From: Bradymonadia bacterium
Lineage (GTDB): Bacteria; Myxococcota_A; Bradymonadia; UBA7976; UBA1532
Direction of reading: 5' to 3'
Length of the DNA stretch: 64,000 nt
Assembly: GCA_046290225.1 (NCBI GenBank)
Contig: JBKAGE010000076.1
Coordinates: 48,775 to 112,774 of the forward strand
Under the pieces are notes generated by a model. The model was not told the origin of the DNA. It worked only from the letters and a program-made list of their open reading frames with translations, and ran no database searches. Shown in pieces: positions 18,942 through 29,143 of this stretch (positions are counted from its first letter, which is position 1; every line of letters starts with the position of its first letter). A program made the position numbers and the translations under genes.

Positions 18942-21581
18942 GTGGTGTGGATGGCGCTGTTCTGTTCCAGCTGCAGCGACACCCCTCCAACATCAAAGCG
19001 GTCTACACCACCACCCCAGATCACAGCCACGCTTCATGGCTTTGCTGATCTTCGACTTCTCTCGAATGGGCGCACAGCCCCTGTCTTCGATACCCAGCAC
19101 CCTCCCTATGTGCTGACCCAGTCATCAAACATCGCTCACCTGTGTTTTGAGCCAACCGAGGGACAACGTGATTGCCAACCTGTTTCGATGGTCTCCACTT
19201 CAAAGGGCAAAGTTTATCGTCTGGCCAAAGTATGGGATGAGTCAAAGGGCAAAGAGGGTCAAGGTACTCTCATAGCCCTCAACCCAGGCCAGGATGTTGT
19301 CTTTCAAGAAGAAATATTCTGGCATCCTCCCTCGAAGCCAGACCCAGCCTTCAATGAAAAAGTCGAAGCAGCGCGTGCGCTTCATCGCAAGGGCGAGCAT
19401 GCTCAATCAGCAGACACATGGCTTGAGGCTGCCCACATTGCCAAAGAACACAAACAGCCCTTTGCTCAAGCAAGAGCATTGAGGGCAGCAGGCTATGTAG
19501 GCTGGTGGGGTCGACAATTTCGTGATGCCGAGGGCTGGCTACGAGACGCGCAACAGATATCAACGACGATTGGTGACTGGCGCGGACAAGCACTGGCACA
19601 TAATTACAGCGCGCTGATTGCCTTGGATGTTGGTGACTACCGCACAGTCGCTGAACACATCAAAGACGTCACAGCTGTCCTAGAGCGGTTTCAAAATCTA
19701 GACCTTGAGTTTTCGTTCCTTTCCACTCGCCTTTGGTTCCTGATCGACATGGGACAGCATCGAGAGGCACTTGCACTCGATGCTCAATTCAGCGGAAACC
19801 AGACCTACCGCCGTCATACAATCAATAATTCTGCTTGGATTCGCCTGGAGGCAATGGAGAGAGGCGTAATCCCTAAAAACTATGACGAGATCAAATCGCT
19901 GCTGTTGGAAAGCCTCGGATACCTGAAGGCCCAGGATCACCATGCACAAGCAGCCTCGGTAAATACAGGTTTGGCTTGGGTTGCGTTTGCTCAAGGTGAT
20001 CTTGAATCAGCTTCTCAATACATAGATGAGTTCAAAAAACTCACAGCAGACAAGCCAAGTCCTTCTCGCACTTCAATCGACCAAATCGAAGGTGAGCTCG
20101 CCCTCGCCCGCAACCAGTACGACCTCGCCACCACGCGCTTCGAAGTCCTCATCAAGCGCCTCGAAAACAACCCCCGGGCCGGCAGCGCCGATGCCCTCTG
20201 GCGCGCATTCGAAGGCCGTGGACGTGCAGCGTTGGGCAAGGGCGACACCCAAGCAGCCCTCGCGGACTTCCGTCGAGCGCTCCAAGAGGTCGAGCGCCTT
20301 GGTCGACGCACCGTCGTCAAAACCGACCGGGGGCAATTCTTCGCTGATCGGCGTCCCCTCGTCGAATCCACCATGAAGCTCTTGCTCCAAGAAGGCCGCG
20401 CCGCCGAGGCCTTCGAAGTCGCTGACGGTGACCGCGCCCGGGTGCTCCGCGCCATGCAGGCGCGTCTGCGCGTCGATCGGCTCACCTCGGCGCAGCGTGC
20501 AGAGTGGAGTGATCGACTCGGGCGTTTCTACACCGCCAGCAACGCCCTCGCCGAGGCTGCGGAGCTCGAAGGCCTCGCAGTGGGCAAGGCCGCTGAAGCC
20601 CAGGCCGCCAAGCTCGCGAACCTCAAACGCGAGCACGAAGCCGCCTTCGACCAGGCCTTTCATCTGCTCGATGAGGCCGCGCCCATGACCGTGCCCGAAG
20701 GCGCCAGCGGAGACGCGGCGTCCAAACAGTTGAAGGCAGACGAAGCTCTGTTGGCGATGACACCTCTCGGAGATCAATGGCTGGTCTTCTGGATGCATGG
20801 TGGGCAAATCGAACACCAGCAGATCCCCAAAGACGCAGATCCCGTCGGGCCATGGCGCCAGCGGCTCGCCCAGGACGACATCGCTCACCTCTATATCATC
20901 CCCGGAGGCCATCCGAAGGCCTTCGCGTTGCCGGTGAAGCCCGTCGGCAGCGCACCTCCGCTGCTGCAACACGTGAGCGTGTCGTTCATGCCGTACGCTG
21001 GCCTGCTCCAAAACACGCCCACGGCGAGCGATGGTAGCCCCCTGGTCCTCGCCGACACGCGCAGCGATCTGCCCTATGCCGCGCAATCAGGCGTCGCAGT
21101 GGCTCAACGCCTCAAGGGTAAGCTGCTCAAGGGTCCCGAAGCCCACCGTGAGGCCGTGCTCCCGGCCCTCGGTACAGCAAGTCTGATTCACTTCGAAGGT
21201 CACGGGGTGCTCAACCCCGAAGATCCCTGGGCCGCCCACCTCGCCCTCGCCGAGGGCCAACAGCTGGCCATGCCCGACCTGCTCACCACCCGCCTCGAAG
21301 CCCAGCTGGTCGTGCTCAGCGGGTGCGAGACCGGGACCGACGCGGTGTTGCTCAGAGATGACGTGGTGGGGCTGCCAGAGGCCTTCCTCGCCGCTGGGGC
21401 ACAGACGGTGCTGGCCACGGATCGCAAGGTGCCCGACGAGGCCACCGGGCGCTTCATGGCACGCTTCTATGATGCTGGTGGGTCGACACGCCCTGCAGAG
21501 GCGCTGAGGCAGGCGTTCCTGGCTTCAGGCAGTGAGGCCGAAAGCGTGAGGGCCGCCTGGAGGGTGGTGGGGCGCCGGTAG
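18942..21581 (+). CDS. TPR-CHAT domain (caspase-like) protease
   Basis: Central TPR repeats; CHAT catalytic motifs IHFEGHG and VLSGCETG, then GLPEAFLAAGA; lipobox-like ALFCSSC near the N-terminus (start uncertain). Confidence 0.9.
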   Translation: MVWMALFCSSCSDTPPTSKRSTPPPQITATLHGFADLRLLSNGRTAPVFDTQHPPYVLTQSSNIAHLCFEPTEGQRDCQPVSMVSTSKGKVYRLAKVWDESKGKEGQGTLIALNPGQDVVFQEEIFWHPPSKPDPAFNEKVEAARALHRKGEHAQSADTWLEAAHIAKEHKQPFAQARALRAAGYVGWWGRQFRDAEGWLRDAQQISTTIGDWRGQALAHNYSALIALDVGDYRTVAEHIKDVTAVLERFQNLDLEFSFLSTRLWFLIDMGQHREALALDAQFSGNQTYRRHTINNSAWIRLEAMERGVIPKNYDEIKSLLLESLGYLKAQDHHAQAASVNTGLAWVAFAQGDLESASQYIDEFKKLTADKPSPSRTSIDQIEGELALARNQYDLATTRFEVLIKRLENNPRAGSADALWRAFEGRGRAALGKGDTQAALADFRRALQEVERLGRRTVVKTDRGQFFADRRPLVESTMKLLLQEGRAAEAFEVADGDRARVLRAMQARLRVDRLTSAQRAEWSDRLGRFYTASNALAEAAELEGLAVGKAAEAQAAKLANLKREHEAAFDQAFHLLDEAAPMTVPEGASGDAASKQLKADEALLAMTPLGDQWLVFWMHGGQIEHQQIPKDADPVGPWRQRLAQDDIAHLYIIPGGHPKAFALPVKPVGSAPPLLQHVSVSFMPYAGLLQNTPTASDGSPLVLADTRSDLPYAAQSGVAVAQRLKGKLLKGPEAHREAVLPALGTASLIHFEGHGVLNPEDPWAAHLALAEGQQLAMPDLLTTRLEAQLVVLSGCETGTDAVLLRDDVVGLPEAFLAAGAQTVLATDRKVPDEATGRFMARFYDAGGSTRPAEALRQAFLASGSEAESVRAAWRVVGRR

Positions 21582-21585
21582 CAGC

Positions 21586-22329
21586 TCAGCCGTGGTCGTG
21601 GCCGTCGTGATCGCCATGATCGTGCTCACCACCCGCGCCGCCATGATCACCGTGGTCTTGCTCACCACCATGATCGCCGTGATCGTGCTCGCCACCAGCA
21701 CCACCGTGCTCACCATGCTCGCCGCCGTGATCACCATGATCGTGACCACCATGGTCGTGGCTCATGCCTGGCTGATGGATGACGAGGCCCACATCTGCCG
21801 AGGGTGCGGGGCCCAGACGGATCATGTGCATGCCCGCGGGGAAGTCGAGCTCCATGACGTGCGCAGCGGCGGGGCATTGCTCAGGTGTGTTCGCGCTCAT
21901 CTCGGGCGACAACACGTTGCCCTCGGCGTCGGTGATCTCGATGGGCACCTCGGCGGTGAGCATGAAGATGTACTCGCTCGCCGCCTGAGGGTGGAAGTGC
22001 ACCATGCCGCCGAAGGTGCCATCGCCGTTGTCGGCGAGAGTCAGACGGTAGTGAGTGTGAGGCGGGGTGACGTCGGGGGCCTCGTCGCCACCGAGGGTGA
22101 CGTCGGTGAAGGGGCCGCCTTCCATGTGATCACAGGCGAGGGCCACCTCGTCGAAGCCCGTGTGGCCACCTTCGCCACCATGCATGTGCTCACCACCGCT
22201 GCCGGCAGCGCCACCACCAGCACCCGCGGTGCCACTGCTGTCACCATCATCATCGTCACAGCCGAAGCCCACGAGGGCGAGGGCCAGCACGAGCGACGTG
22301 GGCTTCAGAAAATGACGGGCAATGTACAC
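21586..22329 (-). CDS. His-rich lipoprotein, putative metal-binding
   Basis: Lipobox GFGC; ACDHM motif; C-terminal (D/E)HGDHGG repeats. Confidence 0.7.
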   Translation of the reverse strand: MYIARHFLKPTSLVLALALVGFGCDDDDGDSSGTAGAGGGAAGSGGEHMHGGEGGHTGFDEVALACDHMEGGPFTDVTLGGDEAPDVTPPHTHYRLTLADNGDGTFGGMVHFHPQAASEYIFMLTAEVPIEITDAEGNVLSPEMSANTPEQCPAAAHVMELDFPAGMHMIRLGPAPSADVGLVIHQPGMSHDHGGHDHGDHGGEHGEHGGAGGEHDHGDHGGEQDHGDHGGAGGEHDHGDHDGHDHG

Positions 22330-22517
22330 AGCGCTTCTCCTCGCACGGGGTCTCTCATTTTGGACACAGCAAGGTAGCGAAGAGATGCGGTTCGAATAAA
22401 TGCGACGGATTGACGCAGGGCAGATTTAAGGAACTCCCCAAAAGAGGGATCAGCAAATACACGGAATCAGATTCGCACCTCATGGGTATTTCAGAGTCGA
22501 GCCACTCTGGAGATCCA

Positions 22518-23552
22518 ATGCCCTCCCCGCTGCACGAGCTTTTGCTCGATTTAGAGGTCCTAAAACAACGGCGGACTGAGTCAGGGAGGTGAGGTGCGAG
22601 TGAGGCAGTTGAAAGACCCGCAGGCGATACCAAAGTATCGTCGAGGACGCTTTCGGCTGCATCGCGAAGCACATCACCTTTCTGGCGACAGGAGCTGTTG
22701 TGTTAGGACCTCTTATTCCGCGACGACCTGCGCCTCGGCCCCACTCTGCTTTCTGCCGTAGCCCCCGAGGCGTTGCCCGAATTCGACGATGTCTCCACTG
22801 ACGAGTCGACCTACACCGATGCTGGGGTGAGCGAGCTGCGATCGGACCTGACGGTTCGGCTGATGCACCAGGGCCAGCTCGTCGGTGTGCTCGTCGTCGA
22901 GGTGCAGCTGAGCGTCAAGGAAGAGAAACGTGTGTCGTGGCCCTGCTACCACGTGCTGGCGTGGAGGCGGCATCGCGTGCCGGTGGAAGTGCTGGTCTTC
23001 ACACCCAGTCAGGCGGTGGCGCGCTGGGCCAGCACGCCGGTCTCTTTGGGTACCACCCTGGAGTATCAGCCCACCATCGTGGGTCCTGACGGCGTACCAC
23101 GCATAGATGATCCAGCAGTGGCATCCCAGGTGCCCGAATTGACGCTGATTTCTACGATGGCCCACGGAAACCGTCGCCACAACGAGCCCATCCTCAAGGC
23201 CTGCCTCGCAGCCTTGGACGCCCTCGACGCGTCGGATGCTCTTCTCTACTATGATGTTCTGTTTGCGCGGTTGAACGCCGCCGCTCGGGAGGTACTGCAC
23301 ACCATGTTCAACAAACACGGGTACGAGTTTCAGTCCGAATTCGCGATCAACCACATCAAACAACTCGAACAAAGGCTGGCGGAAGGTCAGCTTATCTCTT
23401 TGAGACGCACGCAGCTCAAACAAGCTCAGATCAAATTCGGAGCACTCTCAGAGGACCATCGCGAACGCATCGAGCAGGCTGAGATGCCGCAACTCGAAGT
23501 CTGGCTCGAGCATATCCTCTCCGCTGAGACCGCCGACGCATTGTTGCAGTGA
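22518..23552 (+). pseudogene. Rpn/DUF4351-type (PD-(D/E)XK-like) protein gene interrupted by a MITE
   Basis: GGAG RBS, ATG at 22518 gives MPSPLHELLLDL; after the insertion the same frame resumes FRDDLRLGPTLL...ELRSDL...VVEVQL...KRVSWPCY; DUF4351-like end KFGALSE..RERIEQA..QLEVWLEHIL. The insert carries an in-frame TGA at 22590-22592. Confidence 0.85.
22554..22712. mobile_element. 159-bp MITE (non-autonomous IS derivative, IS5-family-like ends)
   Basis: Left end GAGGTCCTAAAACAAC versus reverse complement of right end GAGGTCCTAACACAAC (15/16 match); TTA at both 22551-22553 and 22713-22715; removal restores the host ORF. Confidence 0.9.
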
Positions 23553-23570
23553 TCGCAGCTGAGGCAGTCC

Positions 23571-24539
23571 TCAGCCCTCAGCCTTCGGCTTCTCCGCCAC
23601 CACCCGCAGCACCCCACCACGCCCCGCGAGGGCCAGCCCGCCCGTAATCAACAAATCCAGGGGCATCAGCGCGAACATCAGCAGCGCCCAGAGCCGGGCG
23701 CCCCACCCTTTGCCGAAGACCACTCCGGGCATGAAGCGCCGGACCCCGAGGGTCATGAGCACGCTCCCGGCAAACTCTGTCGGCGACCAGGGGCGGCTGA
23801 GCTTGAGCGGCTTCAGCCCGGCGCCCTCCACCAGCGACGTGAGTGTCTTGGGCGTGAAGTGATAGAGATGCGTCGGCGGCTGCAGAAACAGCCATCGGCC
23901 CTTGAAGAGCGCCCCCAGCGGGCTCACCGTGGGCACCTCGATCACCAGCCAGCCGCCGGGGGCCGTGATGCGGGCCATCTCTGCCAGCTCTGCCGCTGGA
24001 TCGTACGTGTGCTCCAGGCAGTGCCAGCTGGTGACCCCGTCGAAAGCGCCGTCTGGATACTGCTGCTCTGCGAGCTCTCCTGTGTCCACCTCGATGCCAT
24101 AGGACTCAGCGGCGAACTCGCGACAGCGGGCGTTGAAGTCGACCCCGCGCACCTGCACGCCTGCTCGATGTTTCAACCGCGCGAGGAACCCAGCGAGGCC
24201 GCAGCCCACGTCGAGGACCCGCCCCGACTTCAGGGGTCGACCGAGAGCCGCGAGGGCCTGGACCACGCTCTTGGCTCGGAAGTCGTCTACCCCCTTGCCT
24301 GCGTCTTTGCGGCCCTGCTCCAGGTGCGGACCCGTGTAGTAGCCCGCGTAGTACGGCCCCATCTCATCGGGGGTTGGTCGCGGGGAGAGCACCCAGGTGC
24401 CGCAGACGCTGCATCGTGCATAGGTAAAACGGCCCGGCACGCCCCAGAAACGATCCTCAGCCTCGAAGATCGGGCGTAGAGGCTCGGCGCCGTGGAGAGG
24501 ACATACCGGCACCGCATCGGGCGTCTTGGGATCAGTCAT
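23571..24539 (-). CDS. Class I SAM-dependent methyltransferase with N-terminal zinc-ribbon-like segment
   Basis: CPLH..CSVC; VLDVGCGLAG; WHCLEH..DP; PGGWLVIEVP; PTHLYHF. Start placed at MTDPK. Confidence 0.88.
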   Translation of the reverse strand: MTDPKTPDAVPVCPLHGAEPLRPIFEAEDRFWGVPGRFTYARCSVCGTWVLSPRPTPDEMGPYYAGYYTGPHLEQGRKDAGKGVDDFRAKSVVQALAALGRPLKSGRVLDVGCGLAGFLARLKHRAGVQVRGVDFNARCREFAAESYGIEVDTGELAEQQYPDGAFDGVTSWHCLEHTYDPAAELAEMARITAPGGWLVIEVPTVSPLGALFKGRWLFLQPPTHLYHFTPKTLTSLVEGAGLKPLKLSRPWSPTEFAGSVLMTLGVRRFMPGVVFGKGWGARLWALLMFALMPLDLLITGGLALAGRGGVLRVVAEKPKAEG

Positions 24540-24626
24540 CGCCCACCCCCCGCTCCACCTCGGGGGCAGTTGCGCCGAATCATGAGGGGCCGTGTCATGA
24601 GAGGCACAGAATCTGTGAGCGTATGC

Positions 24627-26939
24627 ATGATTTGCCCAACCTCCATCCAACGCCGGTCGCTGCTCGCGTGCCTGGGCGCTGTGTTGTGTCTGCCCTCGAT
24701 GGCCGACGCCGAGGGGGGTCACACCATCGGCGCATCATCCGTGAGGCAGATCTACACCAGTTCCACGGCGAGCGGCAGTGAAGGGCCGCCAGTCTATCGG
24801 GTCAAGCACCTGATGGACGGCCGGGACTGGTCTGCCTGGGGCTCTTCGGTCACCGATGGTGAGGGGGCCTGGATCGAGGTGCAGTTCAACGGCGTCGAGT
24901 ACATCTCCGGGGTGGACTTCGTGCCCGGTGACGCCCGGGGCAAGGACAAGTTCGCGGCCTGCGGACGCCCGAGCAAAATCACCATCCAGGCCGGCAGCCA
25001 GTCAGTCAGCCGCCGGCTCAAGGACGAGCGCTGGCGGCAAAAAATCAGACTCGTTACGCCGATGTACGGGCGGCGGCTGCGCATCTCCATCGACAGCATC
25101 CACGGGCACTCGAAGTCTGCAGGGGTCTGCATCTCGGAGCTGAAGCTGCTCGCTGCCCGCGGGCGTCTGGAGAGCCTGCCTCATCTGCGCCGGCGTCTCG
25201 ACGCGCTCCGCGACGACATCAACGCAGGCCGGCCGATCGACGCCATCGAAGCAGAGGCGCTGTCCATCGGGGCGCCTGCAGCCCCTGCCCTCGTGCGCAT
25301 GCTCGACGTCAAGCGCCCGGGACACACAGTCCAGGTGCTCGATCTGCTCGGTCGCCTGGGGGCTCGGACTACAGCAGGGCCCATCGAAGACCTGTACCGC
25401 AACCCCAAGGCGCCGGCCCTGGTGCGCGATCGTGCGCTCTGGGCCCTGGGTGCTCTGGGTCAGCGCACTCACCTGAGCGCCATCAAACGCTGGCACCAAA
25501 GCGCTCGCGGAGGCGATCGTGATCTGGCCCTCGATGCCTGGGGCCGCCTGGGTGATCCCGAAGCCCTCGAGGCCGCCCTCGTCACCCTGCGCGAGGGCAC
25601 GACGCCCAGCCGTCGGGTGGCGGTCTCCCTCATGGACGAGTTCCCGGCGAAAGATGTCATGGCCGGCCTGGAGCCCATGCTCACCGGCCCACCCTCCGAT
25701 GCCCGGGACTGGGCCTTACGGGCGCTGGGTCATGTGCAACATGCCGCCCGCACCACACACCTGATGGCGGCCCTCGAAGGCCCCGCCACGATCCAAGAGG
25801 CGGCCCTTGAGGCCCTGACTGTGACCCCGGCCCCCGAGAGCCACCGTGTGATCAGGGGTCTGGCCGCTGCGAAGAGCTACTCCACTCGGGCCGCAGCCCT
25901 CGCAGCCCTGGGCCGGCTCGCAGATCGAGGCGACTTGTCGGTGATCGTTGCGGGTACACGTGATCCCGTACCGGTGGTGGCACAGCGCGCGGCCACCGCC
26001 CTGAAGCCATTTCGCAGCCACCCCGACGCTCAGCGTGCCCTGCACAGGCTGGCCCTCAGCCCGGTGAACACCCCCGCCGCAGAGGCCGCAGCGCACGTAC
26101 TCACTGAGGGCGGCGCTTCGGAGTCGACGCTGGCTTCACTGCTGGCCTCACCTCACACCCGCGTACGCGACGCCGCAGGCTCCGCGCTGAGGCAACGGGG
26201 CGACGCGGGCCGTCGAGCGCTGCTCAAGGCCGCAGTCGACGCCGACGCGCCGCTGCGCCGCGGCGCCCTGGGCGCTCTGCGACAAATGGCGAAGGTGCCC
26301 GTGGTGGATTTGATCCGCGCCACAGAGCGGGCAAAGCCAGCAGTGCAGGTGGATCTGCTCAGCCTGCTCGCCGAGCTGAAAGATCCAGCAGCAGCGACCC
26401 TCGCCCAACGGCTCTCTTCTCCAGGGCGCCCGCTGCAGGTGCGCCAGGCCGCAGTAGTGGCCCTGGGTCGTTGCGGCAATGACGTTCAAGCGCATGGGGC
26501 CTTGATCAAGGCGCTCTCTGATCCATCGCCGATGGTGCAGCACGCCGCAGTGCTGGCCCTGGGCACTCGGCGTTCGCCTTCGGCGGTGAAGCCCCTCGGC
26601 GAGCTGCTCAACACGTCGAACCAGTCGCTCTTGCGCCACGCGGTGGTCCAGGCGCTGGGCAACATCGGTCGTTCTGAGGCTCTGCCCTACCTGTCGCAGG
26701 CGTACACGACTTATCGAGATCGGCGAAACGAGGATCGAGATCTGCGGGCGATGATCGTGCTCACGGCGAGCCGCCTGGAGAGCCGCGAGCGTATGCAGCT
26801 GCTCATCGAGGCAGTGGGAGATCGAGATCCTCGCGTGCGAGAAGCCGCTGAGCGTGGGCTGGCCACGCCGAAGCGGACGATGCCCACACAGCAGACCGCG
26901 ACCCCCAAGGCCCCCGCAGCTGTCGCCGAGACCCGCTGA
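24627..26939 (+). CDS. Secreted HEAT-repeat protein with N-terminal discoidin/glycan-binding-like domain
   Basis: Signal peptide; LMDGRDWSAW..GEGAWIEVQF..CISELKL beta domain; many HEAT/PBS-lyase-like repeats (VRxxAxxALG). Start uncertain. Confidence 0.75.
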   Translation: MICPTSIQRRSLLACLGAVLCLPSMADAEGGHTIGASSVRQIYTSSTASGSEGPPVYRVKHLMDGRDWSAWGSSVTDGEGAWIEVQFNGVEYISGVDFVPGDARGKDKFAACGRPSKITIQAGSQSVSRRLKDERWRQKIRLVTPMYGRRLRISIDSIHGHSKSAGVCISELKLLAARGRLESLPHLRRRLDALRDDINAGRPIDAIEAEALSIGAPAAPALVRMLDVKRPGHTVQVLDLLGRLGARTTAGPIEDLYRNPKAPALVRDRALWALGALGQRTHLSAIKRWHQSARGGDRDLALDAWGRLGDPEALEAALVTLREGTTPSRRVAVSLMDEFPAKDVMAGLEPMLTGPPSDARDWALRALGHVQHAARTTHLMAALEGPATIQEAALEALTVTPAPESHRVIRGLAAAKSYSTRAAALAALGRLADRGDLSVIVAGTRDPVPVVAQRAATALKPFRSHPDAQRALHRLALSPVNTPAAEAAAHVLTEGGASESTLASLLASPHTRVRDAAGSALRQRGDAGRRALLKAAVDADAPLRRGALGALRQMAKVPVVDLIRATERAKPAVQVDLLSLLAELKDPAAATLAQRLSSPGRPLQVRQAAVVALGRCGNDVQAHGALIKALSDPSPMVQHAAVLALGTRRSPSAVKPLGELLNTSNQSLLRHAVVQALGNIGRSEALPYLSQAYTTYRDRRNEDRDLRAMIVLTASRLESRERMQLLIEAVGDRDPRVREAAERGLATPKRTMPTQQTATPKAPAAVAETR

Positions 26940-26948
26940 TACCCAGCC

Positions 26949-27464
26949 TCAGGGCAACGCCACCTGAAGCGGAAGCGTCTCCTCCACCACCCCCAATGCG
27001 CTGCTGATCTCCACCTGAAGCTCGAGGGTGACACCTTCGAGGGCCGTCACCGCCTCCTGACTCAGCAACCCGCCCATCTGGTCGACGAGGACCACCCGGG
27101 CGAGATCGTAGTCACACGCCCCATCGCTCAACCACAACAGCACTTGAGTCTCGTAGTACTGGCCCAGAGTGCCGTTGGGGCCTACGAGGCGCAGGCTCAC
27201 GGTGGCCTCGTCGGGGTCGAAGGCGCCGTGCAACCGGAACGAAGGCTCGATGTGGAACCCGCCCTGGTTGCCCGCCTCGACAGGAAAAGATTCAGCTTCG
27301 GCAGAGGTGAGCGCCCGCCATGGGTGCTCGGCACCGAGAGTCAACGTGAGGGCGCCCTGGCCACAGGGCGTCTCTGGGCCTGTCGGGGCACGGGTCTCGT
27401 CATCACACCCGGTGACGCACGTCAGGAGCACACATGCCAGGTGTAACCACCGGAGAGGCTTCAG
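26949..27464 (-). CDS. Hypothetical lipoprotein
   Basis: Lipobox VTGC followed by a GxQGGFHI motif; start codon unclear, just downstream of the FmdB-like gene. Confidence 0.55.
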   Translation of the reverse strand: MKPLRWLHLACVLLTCVTGCDDETRAPTGPETPCGQGALTLTLGAEHPWRALTSAEAESFPVEAGNQGGFHIEPSFRLHGAFDPDEATVSLRLVGPNGTLGQYYETQVLLWLSDGACDYDLARVVLVDQMGGLLSQEAVTALEGVTLELQVEISSALGVVEETLPLQVALP

Positions 27465-27469
27465 GCCTC

Positions 27470-27790
27470 TCAGTCGTCGCTGCTCGAGCTGCTGGCAGTG
27501 CTGGTGCTCGAACTGCTGCTCGATGTCGAACTGCTGCTCGAGCTGCTGTCGCTCGAACTGCTGTCGCTCGAGCTGCTGCTCGATTTCGACTTGCCGCCGT
27601 TCGAATCGCCCGAGTAGCCCTCGGCGTACCAGCCGCCGCCCTTCAAATGGAACGCAGAGCGGCTGATGATCTTCTCCTGCTGGCCCTCGGCGCCGCAATT
27701 CTCGCACGTCGACGGCGGCGGATCGCTCAGCTTGGCCCAGACTTCGGCGATGTGCCCACATGACTGGCAACGGTACTCGTAAATGGGCAT
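27470..27790 (-). CDS. FmdB family zinc-ribbon protein with Ser-rich tail
   Basis: MPIYEYRCQSCGH..CENCG..ISRSAFHLKGGGWY signature. Confidence 0.92.
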   Translation of the reverse strand: MPIYEYRCQSCGHIAEVWAKLSDPPPSTCENCGAEGQQEKIISRSAFHLKGGGWYAEGYSGDSNGGKSKSSSSSSDSSSSDSSSSSSSTSSSSSSTSTASSSSSDD

Positions 27791-27960
27791 CTGAGGGTAC
27801 TCCCGTAAATTCAAGTTCAGGCCGGGAGTGCTAAACACTCTGCATGCCGTGTCAAGGGTCCTGCACCCTTCCGGTGACCGGCCATTGCCTCGAACACGCT
27901 CCGTTGCTACCCTGACGCGCCTTTTTTCTGCTCTAGAACCCTCGACGAACGGCATTCCTG

Positions 27961-29055
<1,095 letters not shown>

Positions 29056-29143
29056 CCGGGCCCCGCGGCCGGTCCAAGCCCCGTAACCGCACCTCTGCCC
29101 CCCGAACCTCTGCTCCTCGAGCCCCTGCCGCTGAGGTCCTGCC

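Noticed and set aside
21586..21770. Tandem DNA repeats as a possible CRISPR array
   Set aside because: They encode the His/Gly tail; there are no constant repeats with unique spacers and no cas genes.
22410..22592. 60-aa ORF as an independent gene
   Set aside because: Its 3' part is the true Rpn-like N-terminus reading into the MITE stop codon.
27480..27600. Repeated CTGCTGCTCGA units
   Set aside because: They encode the Ser-rich tail of the FmdB-like protein; the Gln-rich extension of ORF 26949-27770 is an alternative-frame artefact.
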